Source: a virus. From it: DNA of 44,199 nt. Below are positions 14,391-22,237 of this stretch, piece by piece; the first letter of the stretch is position 1; each line of letters starts with the position of its first letter. The stretch covers positions 1 through 44,199 of IMG/VR virus record IMGVR_UViG_3300022924_000007, one strand, 5' to 3'. The position numbers were made by a program, and so were the translations under genes. The notes beneath the pieces were generated by a model. The model worked only from the letters and a program-made list of their open reading frames with translations. It had not been told where the DNA came from and did not search any database.

Positions 14391-14574
14391 TGAAATTTGC
14401 AGAGATGGTGACTCCGAAAGTGTCAGGAATAAATGGGCTTCTGAACACTAAATAAACACCACTTTATTGATAATCACATAGCATTCAGGGAGTTGAAAAA
14501 GCGATAGCTACGTCCCGCTTATCGAGCCGAGTATACCAAGTGGATGCTAGTTGATTGTTTATAAAGGAGACATA

Positions 14575-14676
14575 ATGGACGAAGTAGAGAAGTGGCTCCT
14601 AGATGAGACCACCACATTTGAAGAGATAGATAGGATAGCGAATGGCGAAGACGACAGCGAAGATTCTACTGTATGA
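14575..14676 (+). CDS. acidic micro-ORF, 33 aa
   Basis: Strong RBS aaaggag 5 nt before the ATG. Hand translation MDEVEKWLLDETTTFEEIDRIANGEDDSEDSTV. Overlaps the exonuclease start by 35 nt. Confidence 0.35.
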   Translation: MDEVEKWLLDETTTFEEIDRIANGEDDSEDSTV

Positions 14677-15394
14677 CCTAGAGGTGTCGAGAGACATCGT
14701 TGAAGGATACGGTAATAAATGGGAGTTCAAGGTAGTTAAGACTATCCGACACCAAGAACTCATGTGCTTTGCATATAAGTTTTTAGGCGATAAGACAGTT
14801 AAATACGTATCACGACATGATTTTGCTAAATATGATGACTTTGTTAAAGCACTTTGGGACATCCTGAATGAAGCTGACATTGCTATTGCACATAACGCAG
14901 CACGATTTGACAATAAGATGGCAAACAGATTCTTTATTAAGGCAGGTCTTGGACCAGTTTCACCTTACAAGACTGTTGACACACTGCAGGTTGCACGAGG
15001 AGCCTTTAAGTTTCAATCGAATGGACTTAATGATCTTGCCGAATACCTAGACCTAGGAAGTAAAGTCAAGATGGGCTATGCCGACCTAGAAGAAGAATTC
15101 ATGAATAATCCTACACCAAGCGTTGAGAGGCTTATGAAAAAGTATAACGTCCAAGATGTTGTACTTCTGGAGAAGATTTACTTGAAATTACGACCGTTTA
15201 TTAAGAACCACCCGAACATTGGTGATATCTTGCAAGAGATTGGCCTTTGTCCTAAATGTGGAAGCCCAGACTTGCGTACATATGGTACGGCACCAAGAGC
15301 TAACGGACGAGTACAGACATATATTTGTAATACTTGTGGTGGACGTTGTAGCCAGGCAACTATTAAAAGTAGCGGAAGGATTGTTAATGCCTAG
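14642..15394 (+). CDS. DEDDy 3'-5' exonuclease (RNase H-like, PolB-exo/YprB-type) with a C-terminal zinc ribbon, 250 aa
   Basis: ExoI LLYDLEV, ExoII AHNAARFDNKM, ExoIII YNVQDVVLLE, then CPKCG...CNTCGGRC. Confidence 0.75.
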   Translation: MAKTTAKILLYDLEVSRDIVEGYGNKWEFKVVKTIRHQELMCFAYKFLGDKTVKYVSRHDFAKYDDFVKALWDILNEADIAIAHNAARFDNKMANRFFIKAGLGPVSPYKTVDTLQVARGAFKFQSNGLNDLAEYLDLGSKVKMGYADLEEEFMNNPTPSVERLMKKYNVQDVVLLEKIYLKLRPFIKNHPNIGDILQEIGLCPKCGSPDLRTYGTAPRANGRVQTYICNTCGGRCSQATIKSSGRIVNA

Positions 15395-15692
15395 TATTGA
15401 AAATGAAGCGTACCTAGTGAGTCGGAGATCAGTAGTAGAAAAGATGCTACCGCCTGAACTATTAGTAGTGCGTGAAGGTATACTTAAACGACTGAATCAA
15501 GAATACGAAGACCTAGCTATGGTTAACGATGTTCTTACCGGATACGGATATACAGAAACAATTGTAGATGAGATTACATCAAAGCCTGCAGGAGTACATG
15601 ATGCTAATGATGGCACGATCGGCGCAGTAGAGCGACCTACAGATAGCGTATGGCCAAAAATTAGAGATGGATTAGATTTAGAGGAAGTGTAA
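15387..15692 (+). CDS. hypothetical protein, 101 aa
   Basis: ATG at 15387 overlaps the exonuclease stop; the upstream part of track ORF 15219.. lies inside the exonuclease gene. Confidence 0.55.
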   Translation: MPSIENEAYLVSRRSVVEKMLPPELLVVREGILKRLNQEYEDLAMVNDVLTGYGYTETIVDEITSKPAGVHDANDGTIGAVERPTDSVWPKIRDGLDLEEV

Positions 15693-15693
15693 A

Positions 15694-15897
15694 ATGATAT
15701 TGTCCCGAATATGCGAATGTTACATCTGTGGTGATATGGAAATCACTAAACAGGCATTGTTACCTGATGGATGGGCCGTAACTTGGGAGAATGCAAAGAC
15801 ACTATGTGATAAATGCCTGAGTAAATATGAGGAAAGGTTTGGAGAAAAGCCTATTCTCTGGTACGAAGGCGGAGTAATAGAACCAACACTATTTTAA
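15694..15897 (+). CDS. small Cys-rich (zinc-ribbon-like) protein, 67 aa
   Basis: CECYIC...CDKC pairs; ORF coupled to its neighbours. Confidence 0.6.
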   Translation: MILSRICECYICGDMEITKQALLPDGWAVTWENAKTLCDKCLSKYEERFGEKPILWYEGGVIEPTLF

Positions 15898-15906
15898 GGA
15901 GTTAAG

Positions 15907-16173
15907 ATGGCTAAAGATATATTAGGTAAAGATATCCAAGAAGGTCAGTTTGTTATTCAAGCTGCAGGACAGGGGCACGATAAATGGCTCCAGATTGCTG
16001 TAGTTCTTGAAGTAATAGATGAAAACAACGTTAAAGTTCAGTCACAATCACGACCGGGCATTGTTAGGTGGGTAAATAGCAGACTACTTGTCATGGAGAC
16101 AACGGCTGGAATGACTAGCGAGAATGTCAATAAATTAGAGAAATTTTATGTTGATTATAGGAGCAAGAAATAA
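15907..16173 (+). CDS. hypothetical protein, 88 aa
   Basis: ORF preceded by RBS aaggag. Confidence 0.65.
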   Translation: MAKDILGKDIQEGQFVIQAAGQGHDKWLQIAVVLEVIDENNVKVQSQSRPGIVRWVNSRLLVMETTAGMTSENVNKLEKFYVDYRSKK

Positions 16174-17162
16174 TGTCAAGAACAGCGCCATTCCCCAAGA
16201 TTATACATATCGGGGATAAACAGATTCAAGACCTATTCGACGACACTGTAGAAATTACAGAAAAAGTAGATGGTTCACAGTTCGGATTCGGTAAGGTTAA
16301 CGGTGAGTTATTCTGTCGAAGCAAGGGCCGTGAAATTGACATGGACAATCCAGATAGAATGTTCATTAGCGGTGTAGAATACGTAAAAACTATTCAAGAT
16401 AGAATCCCGGATGACTTTACGTTCTATGGTGAGTATCTACAAAAGCCTAAACATAATTCATTAGCTTATGATAAAATACCACATAATCATATTGCATTAT
16501 TTGCAGTTAATGATAACGGTAAGGACAAGAAGTTCTTAGACTACGATGCTATTAAACACTGGGCTGAAGTACTAGACATAGATGCAGTACCACTATTATA
16601 CCAAGGTAAGTCCGGCCCAGAAGCTGTGCTTGAAATGGTAAAGAATAAAGTTAGTTATCTTGGTGGACAGAATATTGAAGGTGTTGTGGTGAAAGCTTAC
16701 AAGCCTTGGCTGTTTATGAATCAGATACCGCTAAACGTAATGGCAGGTAAATATGTTACAGAAGACTTCAAAGAGGTACATAATAAGAGCTGGAAAGCTG
16801 AACACACCAATAAGGGTCAACTCGAAGTGGCGATTAGTAACTACAAGAGTGAAGCACGGTGGAATAAGGCCATACAGCATTTACGAGACGCAGGAAATCT
16901 TACCGGGACACCTCGTGATATCGGAGCACTCATCAAGGAAGTCCACAAGGATATAGCCGAAGAAGAGAAAGAATCAATCAAAGCAGCACTATGGTCTATC
17001 TATAATGATAAGTTCATGAAGGCAGCTACTGAAGGATTTGCTCAGTGGTATAAAGAGAAAATAATGATTGAAGGAGTTGAACCAAATGTTCAAGAGAGTA
17101 ATGCTAGTCCTGATAGCAGCAGTGATACTGTTGGTACCGGCGACAACGACACAAGCGTATAG
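16173..17162 (+). CDS. ATP-dependent RNA ligase (covalent nucleotidyltransferase), 329 aa
   Basis: Motif I EKVDGSQ (KxDG), motif III FYGEYL, motif IV IALFAV, motif V EGVVVKAYK. It lies 1.1 kb upstream of a Pnk-like gene. Confidence 0.75.
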   Translation: MSRTAPFPKIIHIGDKQIQDLFDDTVEITEKVDGSQFGFGKVNGELFCRSKGREIDMDNPDRMFISGVEYVKTIQDRIPDDFTFYGEYLQKPKHNSLAYDKIPHNHIALFAVNDNGKDKKFLDYDAIKHWAEVLDIDAVPLLYQGKSGPEAVLEMVKNKVSYLGGQNIEGVVVKAYKPWLFMNQIPLNVMAGKYVTEDFKEVHNKSWKAEHTNKGQLEVAISNYKSEARWNKAIQHLRDAGNLTGTPRDIGALIKEVHKDIAEEEKESIKAALWSIYNDKFMKAATEGFAQWYKEKIMIEGVEPNVQESNASPDSSSDTVGTGDNDTSV

Positions 17163-17490
17163 TTACACATCAACAAGAAGTTATACACCAAGCGTAAGGA
17201 GCTATTCAGCACCATCTCGCTCAACGTATACTGCACCTAAAACGACAACACCAAAGTCTACAACTACTACTCCAAAGAGCACGGCTCCAAAGACTAGCTC
17301 ACCAAAGACACCTAAACCGCTTTCAACTAATAAGCAGTTCAAGAACTCAGCAGGACAGACAGTTGTATATAGAGACCGAGGAATCAGTTGGGCACCTTAC
17401 TTCCTCCTGTTCGGATGGATATGGTATGATCACAACAACGACAAATGTTACGATGCAAACCATAAAGAAATAGATTGTAAGGAAAAGTAA
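17086..17490 (+). CDS. secreted or membrane Thr/Pro/Lys-rich protein, 134 aa
   Basis: Signal-like N-terminus MFKRVMLVLIAAVILLVPATTTQA, then TPKSTTTTPKSTAPKTSSPKTPKP. RBS aaggag lies 9 nt upstream. Overlaps the ligase 3' end by 77 nt. Confidence 0.6.
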   Translation: MFKRVMLVLIAAVILLVPATTTQAYSYTSTRSYTPSVRSYSAPSRSTYTAPKTTTPKSTTTTPKSTAPKTSSPKTPKPLSTNKQFKNSAGQTVVYRDRGISWAPYFLLFGWIWYDHNNDKCYDANHKEIDCKEK

Positions 17491-17491
17491 T

Positions 17492-17620
17492 ATGACGGTA
17501 GTTTGGGCATTAGTATACCTGATCGTAAGCGCAGTAAATGGCGGACCGGTTGATATGACATTTTGGGATGGCTGGACAGTCACACTCATGATTGCCGTAT
17601 TACTTGATATACTTTTTTAA
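17492..17620 (+). CDS. small membrane protein, 42 aa
   Basis: Hand translation MTVVWALVYLIVSAVNGGPVDMTFWDGWTVTLMIAVLLDILF. Confidence 0.4.
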   Translation: MTVVWALVYLIVSAVNGGPVDMTFWDGWTVTLMIAVLLDILF

Positions 17621-17631
17621 GAAAGAAACAA

Positions 17632-17799
17632 ATGAACGCAGCCACAATAATTAAAGATGACATGACACTAGAAGAAAAGCTTGCAGCTATTGATGCTGCT
17701 ATGGCAACGGGAGCAAAGGAATTCAATAAGGCTAATGGCCGACCTGAAGATGCACCAGTTGACCCAAGCGATTTAACCATGTGTGAAGGTTGTCAATAA
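17632..17799 (+). CDS. hypothetical protein, 55 aa (ends ...PVDPSDLTMCEGCQ)
   Basis: Hand translation. It is the sense-strand alternative to the antisense track ORF 17586..17780. Confidence 0.5.
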   Translation: MNAATIIKDDMTLEEKLAAIDAAMATGAKEFNKANGRPEDAPVDPSDLTMCEGCQ

Positions 17800-17811
17800 C
17801 AAGGAGATTTC

Positions 17812-18054
17812 ATGAAGGTAGTTTTGAATTTAAACGGCAAAAGGTACATATACTCATCTTTGATATCAAAACGCAAAATGACCGCCAGTATCAGGGGGCT
17901 CCAGGCGCAGAATGCAATTTTCGGGGGGACATGCACAGTGAAATACACATCTGAGTATAGTAACTCATTTGATTTCAGTAACGTGGAAGAACTTAAGGAT
18001 AAATTGTGGCCATGTTTAGAGCCAGAAATGATTGAGGATTTTAAGAATGCATAA
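17812..18054 (+). CDS. hypothetical protein, 80 aa
   Basis: ORF preceded by RBS aaggag. Confidence 0.65.
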   Translation: MKVVLNLNGKRYIYSSLISKRKMTASIRGLQAQNAIFGGTCTVKYTSEYSNSFDFSNVEELKDKLWPCLEPEMIEDFKNA

Positions 18055-18295
18055 CGACAAAAAACAACGCCGAGTAAAACGACAACTTAGGAAGGTGAAC
18101 AGGCAACTGGTCGCCCTAACTATTAAAAAGTTATTCGGTGATACAACGACAGAGATCAAATATACACCAGACATTGACCCTAAATTAAGTAACAAGCAGC
18201 GACTTGTTAAACGACGTATTCTTAATGGACGGATTAAAGTTGACGGCAAGGTGTTCAATCCAAAGACTGGGGATTTTGAATTAGATGCAGCCTAA
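18047..18295 (+). CDS. hypothetical highly basic protein, 82 aa
   Basis: ATG at 18047 overlaps the previous stop. The N-terminus is Lys/Arg-rich (KKQRRVKRQLRK). Confidence 0.55.
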   Translation: MHNDKKQRRVKRQLRKVNRQLVALTIKKLFGDTTTEIKYTPDIDPKLSNKQRLVKRRILNGRIKVDGKVFNPKTGDFELDAA

Positions 18296-19157
18296 ACCAG
18301 AACTACTAATGTTGAAAGGCTTACCAGCTTCAGGTAAGTCTACACATGCTAGAGAGCTTGTTGATAAGGGATACGTCCGAGTCAATAAAGATGATCTACG
18401 CAAAATGTTAAACAACGGCCAATACAGTAGGCCAAATGAAGCTGCAGTACTTAAGTTCCGTGATACTATTATTAATGAATCATTGCAGAATGGTAAAAAT
18501 GTAGTAGTAGATGATACAAACTTTGAACAGAAACACTATGATCGGTTAAGCGAAATAGCACAGAACCAACAAGTGAACTTCCGAGTACTGTTTATTGATA
18601 CACCTCTTGAGGACTGTATTAAACGCAATGAAGCTCGTGCTGACAAAGTACCGTTGGAAGTTATATATCAAATGTATAATAGACACATTGCACCACTAAG
18701 GAACGATAAGGAGATTAACTACGATGAAGAACTTGATGAGTGTATTATCGTTGACATTGATGGGACTCTTGCTCATATTAGCAATGGGCGTAGTCCCTAC
18801 GATGCTAGAAGTTCCGGCGCTGATACTGTCGATGATTCTGTTGCTGGCATTGTTGCCATGCACTATCGTCATGGATACAAGGTCATCCTCTTCTCAGGAC
18901 GAGGAAAGCTCGAAGGCGAAGAAGAAGCAACGATTCAATGGCTCGCAGATAACAACATTGCCTATGACGCACTCTATCTACGACCTGTGGGAGATGGCAG
19001 GAAAGATACCGAAATCAAAGAAGAGCTCTTCAACACACACATTAAAGGTAAGTACAACCCACGGTTCGTCATTGATGATCGTCCGAGTGTCTGTAGAATG
19101 TGGCGACGTATTGGACTCAAAGTCCTGCAAGTAGGCGACCCTCATGTTGAATTTTAA
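18285..19157 (+). CDS. polynucleotide 5'-kinase / 3'-phosphatase (T4 Pnk-like), 290 aa
   Basis: P-loop GLPASGKST and VNKDDLR in the N-terminal kinase domain. HAD motif I VDIDGTLA and a later FVIDDRP in the C-terminal phosphatase domain. Confidence 0.8.
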   Translation: MQPKPELLMLKGLPASGKSTHARELVDKGYVRVNKDDLRKMLNNGQYSRPNEAAVLKFRDTIINESLQNGKNVVVDDTNFEQKHYDRLSEIAQNQQVNFRVLFIDTPLEDCIKRNEARADKVPLEVIYQMYNRHIAPLRNDKEINYDEELDECIIVDIDGTLAHISNGRSPYDARSSGADTVDDSVAGIVAMHYRHGYKVILFSGRGKLEGEEEATIQWLADNNIAYDALYLRPVGDGRKDTEIKEELFNTHIKGKYNPRFVIDDRPSVCRMWRRIGLKVLQVGDPHVEF

Positions 19158-19425
19158 TAAGACAGATAAATATGGACAGGTGATTAAGCCTGGAGATGTT
19201 GTAGCATATCATAATAAGTTTAAAGGAGTTGAACTTGTCGTATATCAAGAAGAGGCTGGTGGCAGCAAGGCAAAAGGCACCTATGGTAGGTTCATTACCG
19301 ACACTGGCATCACTAGCATTAAGTATTCTAGTGTGGCATTTGTATTTGATTCTCTATACCAAAGGAGAGCAAATGGCAAAGAGGTACGTAGAGCGATAAA
19401 GAGGTACTATGAAGGTATTCGCTAA
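19144..19425 (+). CDS. hypothetical protein, 93 aa
   Basis: ORF overlapping the Pnk 3' end by 14 nt. Confidence 0.6.
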   Translation: MLNFNKTDKYGQVIKPGDVVAYHNKFKGVELVVYQEEAGGSKAKGTYGRFITDTGITSIKYSSVAFVFDSLYQRRANGKEVRRAIKRYYEGIR

Positions 19426-19591
19426 ATTCCAGGGTGAGGATGATATACTTCAAGAAGGGTTTGTATACCTCATAGACATCTACAACAGGGTAGGTGACTT
19501 ACAGAAATTAAATGTAAAGATAGGTGATGGCGAGTGGTGGAAACCATACGCAAATTACTTTCAATTAACAAGAGAATGGGAGATTCTATAA
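19409..19591 (+). CDS. hypothetical protein, 60 aa
   Basis: Track ORF in the operon. Confidence 0.55.
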   Translation: MKVFAKFQGEDDILQEGFVYLIDIYNRVGDLQKLNVKIGDGEWWKPYANYFQLTREWEIL

Positions 19592-19797
19592 TGGAACCAT
19601 CAAAAGCAGGTGTCTCATCTGAACTATCAACGACAGAAGAGTTCATCACTTATATTGAAAATCAGTTGAACATCGGACAACTAGTAAAAGAGAATGACGC
19701 TCCAGTTGCACCAAGTCAACTAAGAGTTTCTATCAACCGTGTACAATCAATCAACGAACGTCTTGGACGAATTAACAATGAATTGGAGCAGCTATAA
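19591..19797 (+). CDS. hypothetical protein, 68 aa
   Basis: ATG at 19591 overlaps the previous TAA (TAATG). Confidence 0.55.
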   Translation: MEPSKAGVSSELSTTEEFITYIENQLNIGQLVKENDAPVAPSQLRVSINRVQSINERLGRINNELEQL

Positions 19798-20393
19798 TGA
19801 AGTTAGTAGGCAAATACGTAGTTATTAGTAAAGAAGACCTTAACGCAGCATTGCGAGAGGCAGAGAACAAAGCTAAGAAAACTATCACTAAACGGCTTGA
19901 AGAAGAGTACGCAGATAAGTTTGAACAGCAAGAGAAAACAATTAAGGCACGTAACAAGACAATCCAGATTCTACGTGAGCAGGCTGATGAAGCTGAGACT
20001 GACAACGAACGAAAGATTGAACAACTTGAAGCAACTATCGAAGTTTTACAAGAAGACCGAGATAACGTCCGTGATGTAGCAAAGAAAGAGATGGAGAACG
20101 ATGATCGTGCTGCACTTCTTGATGCTAAAAAAGAAGGTCTTGATAAGCGAGCAGCTGCTATTAAAGCACGTGAAGCAGAGCTAGACACTGAAGAAGAAGC
20201 AAAGAACACATCACACTACGCAGATGGTTTGGCTGATGGACTCCGTAAGGCACATGAGATTACACAGAAAGACCGTGAGAACTCAATGAAGATTGCAATG
20301 ATTGCAGCAAGTTCACACACACCAGTTGCTAATCTTAAGGAGCTAAACAGTGAGCACCAAATTACCGCAGGCAGCACAGACAGCGAAAGTTAA
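19797..20393 (+). CDS. hypothetical coiled-coil protein, 198 aa
   Basis: Charged heptad-like sequence; ATGA coupling to the previous gene. Confidence 0.65.
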   Translation: MKLVGKYVVISKEDLNAALREAENKAKKTITKRLEEEYADKFEQQEKTIKARNKTIQILREQADEAETDNERKIEQLEATIEVLQEDRDNVRDVAKKEMENDDRAALLDAKKEGLDKRAAAIKAREAELDTEEEAKNTSHYADGLADGLRKAHEITQKDRENSMKIAMIAASSHTPVANLKELNSEHQITAGSTDSES

Positions 20394-20916
20394 GTCCTTA
20401 CCGGATGATCTTGCAAAAATAGCGGAAGAGATGCTCAAAGAGAAGTTTGGGATTGAGGAGGAACCGCCTAAAAAGCGGAACTCCTTTCAAGACGACTTCA
20501 ACCTCTTCGCGGATGACTTTTCTACAGGAGGCATGGGGTTCGCAGGTTTTACTACAAGCTCAACCTCCCGTATGGATAGTAAATGGCGTGGACGAGATAT
20601 CCAAACTAGACCTGACTTCGCAACCAGGGGCTATATTTCATCTACCGAAGTCAATCACCCTGACGAGAGAACCATTGGTGAGGGCATCTATCGCTTAAGA
20701 GAACAAATACCTCGTATTAGAGAGATGTTCATGGAAGCAAGTCCTGACTTTGCACACTACTTAATAAGGAACGAGAGAGACTTCATAGCGTATGACCACA
20801 TGGGTCAGCGTCCACGAGAAGGTGAACTCGATTTCTTTGGCAGCTTCCGAGGTATGAAAGTATATATATCAAGGAATGTTCGACATGCAGTTGTTTCTGC
20901 AAGACACGGTTTTTAA
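20350..20916 (+). CDS. hypothetical protein, 188 aa (GTG start)
   Basis: RBS aaggag lies 7 nt before the GTG. This is the last plus-strand gene before the terminator. Confidence 0.6.
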   Translation: MSTKLPQAAQTAKVKSLPDDLAKIAEEMLKEKFGIEEEPPKKRNSFQDDFNLFADDFSTGGMGFAGFTTSSTSRMDSKWRGRDIQTRPDFATRGYISSTEVNHPDERTIGEGIYRLREQIPRIREMFMEASPDFAHYLIRNERDFIAYDHMGQRPREGELDFFGSFRGMKVYISRNVRHAVVSARHGF

Positions 20917-20925
20917 GCCATAAAA

Positions 20926-20960
20926 ATAACCCCCCAGGTTTTATACTGAGGGGTTTATTT
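20926..20960. terminator. bidirectional rho-independent terminator between the convergent modules
   Basis: Stem aaccccccag / ctgaggggtt (one mismatch) with an 8-nt loop, flanked by A-runs on the 5' side and T-runs on the 3' side. Confidence 0.75.
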
Positions 20961-20966
20961 TATATC

Positions 20967-21044
20967 TTAACGTCGGCCGAAGATAAATAGTACACCGGCT
21001 ACGATGACTACAATCAAGGCTACGACTGTGAGAAATTCTACCAT
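20967..21044 (-). CDS. 25-aa hydrophobic peptide at the end of the lysis cassette
   Basis: Hand translation MVEFLTVVALIVVIVAGVLFIFGRR; RBS aaaggaa upstream. Confidence 0.35.
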   Translation of the reverse strand: MVEFLTVVALIVVIVAGVLFIFGRR

Positions 21045-21059
21045 GTAGTTCCTTTACTG

Positions 21060-21290
21060 TTAAGCGTTTACTGTTTTCTTATCAAAGAAGGTCTTAGTGA
21101 TAAACACCAAGGCTACGTTGATAAATGGTGTGTAGACACCAAACAAGGCTGGGTCGCCTTGAATTGCTGCTACAATACCAGCTAGTCCTGCAGATACTGC
21201 AAGATAAACTGCTGCAGTCAAAGTCTTCCCGATGTTTGTCTTCAGGAAAGGTACTTTAACTGTTGCATCTTTTACATCAGATGTTGCCAT
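21060..21290 (-). CDS. holin-like protein, 76 aa, two TM segments
   Basis: Hydrophobic helices LTAAVYLAVSAGLAGIVAAI and FINVALVFITKTFF; immediately downstream of the endolysin (ATGA-type coupling). Confidence 0.5.
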   Translation of the reverse strand: MATSDVKDATVKVPFLKTNIGKTLTAAVYLAVSAGLAGIVAAIQGDPALFGVYTPFINVALVFITKTFFDKKTVNA

Positions 21291-22237
21291 TATTTTGTCC
21301 TCTTAAAGTTTTCTAATAGTGCGAGGAGCTTTTCCCAAAGTTCTTTCAGGAAGTCCTTAAACGATTGTACGTCAACTGAAGGTTGAGGCTTATTAGCTTC
21401 TTCCTGGTCCCTTGCATCTTGAGCTGCCTTTTCTGCAGCAGCCTTTGCGTCGGCTTCAGCCTTATCTCGTGCATCTTTTTCAGCTTTAGCTTTCGCCTCA
21501 GCTTCTGCCTTTTCTTTAGCAATGCGATCTAATTCAGCTTTCTCGGCTGCAGCTTGTGCATCCTTAGCCTCCTGTTCCTTACGAGCTATAAGGTTCTTAC
21601 GTTCCTGTGACTGGTAAAGATCATTACGCATAAACTCGACTGTGTAACTACGATAGTGGTTGATACCGTCTTGATCTGCTGGTCGTTCCAGAATCTCTTG
21701 GTATGCTGCACGGATTTGGTCATCATTAGCATTGGTCTGTCGGTTGTTAACTGTTCCCCAATCGCCTGAACCATCTTTGCTTCGAGCTAGTTGGTCTAGG
21801 CGGTTAAGATCATAATTACCAGGACATGCTGTCGCCACGAACTGACGGTGTGGTACTAATGGTAAGTCACCATATGCGTCACGAATCTGAGAGATGAGTT
21901 CTGCAACTACATCATAATCTTCATCACGACAACGTGGGTCACATTCAATTGATATTGTCCAAGGGTTTGCGGAGTTAGTTGCCCATGAGTTTTCTGATGG
22001 ACTCACTAGACATGCTACTCTTCGTCCTGTACCGGTTGCTACATAATGCGCCGAAGCTCCCCTATTAGGGTTACATAGTGTTGCAATGACACCTTCGTAA
22101 GTAGGACCAGTGTTGGGGTCCCCCCACCAGTGTATTGCGATAGCTTTAATAACACGAGGCTGACCCCATACAGATTGAGTCTGTGAAGCAGCTGTGTAGT
22201 TAGGGCTGTTGTATTGTGTTTCATACTTATACGACAT
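21290..22237 (-). CDS. endolysin: N-acetylmuramoyl-L-alanine amidase (Amidase_2/PGRP fold) with an Ala/Lys/Glu-rich coiled-coil C-terminus, 315 aa
   Basis: AIAIHWWGD, GASAHYV, ISIECD and HRQFVATACPG match the Zn ligands and catalytic layout of T7-lysozyme-type amidases. Confidence 0.8.
   Translation of the reverse strand: MSYKYETQYNSPNYTAASQTQSVWGQPRVIKAIAIHWWGDPNTGPTYEGVIATLCNPNRGASAHYVATGTGRRVACLVSPSENSWATNSANPWTISIECDPRCRDEDYDVVAELISQIRDAYGDLPLVPHRQFVATACPGNYDLNRLDQLARSKDGSGDWGTVNNRQTNANDDQIRAAYQEILERPADQDGINHYRSYTVEFMRNDLYQSQERKNLIARKEQEAKDAQAAAEKAELDRIAKEKAEAEAKAKAEKDARDKAEADAKAAAEKAAQDARDQEEANKPQPSVDVQSFKDFLKELWEKLLALLENFKRTK

Noticed and set aside
17586-17780. 64-aa minus-strand ORF
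   Set aside because: It is antisense to two RBS-consistent plus-strand small ORFs (17492-17620, 17632-17799) in an otherwise all-plus operon.
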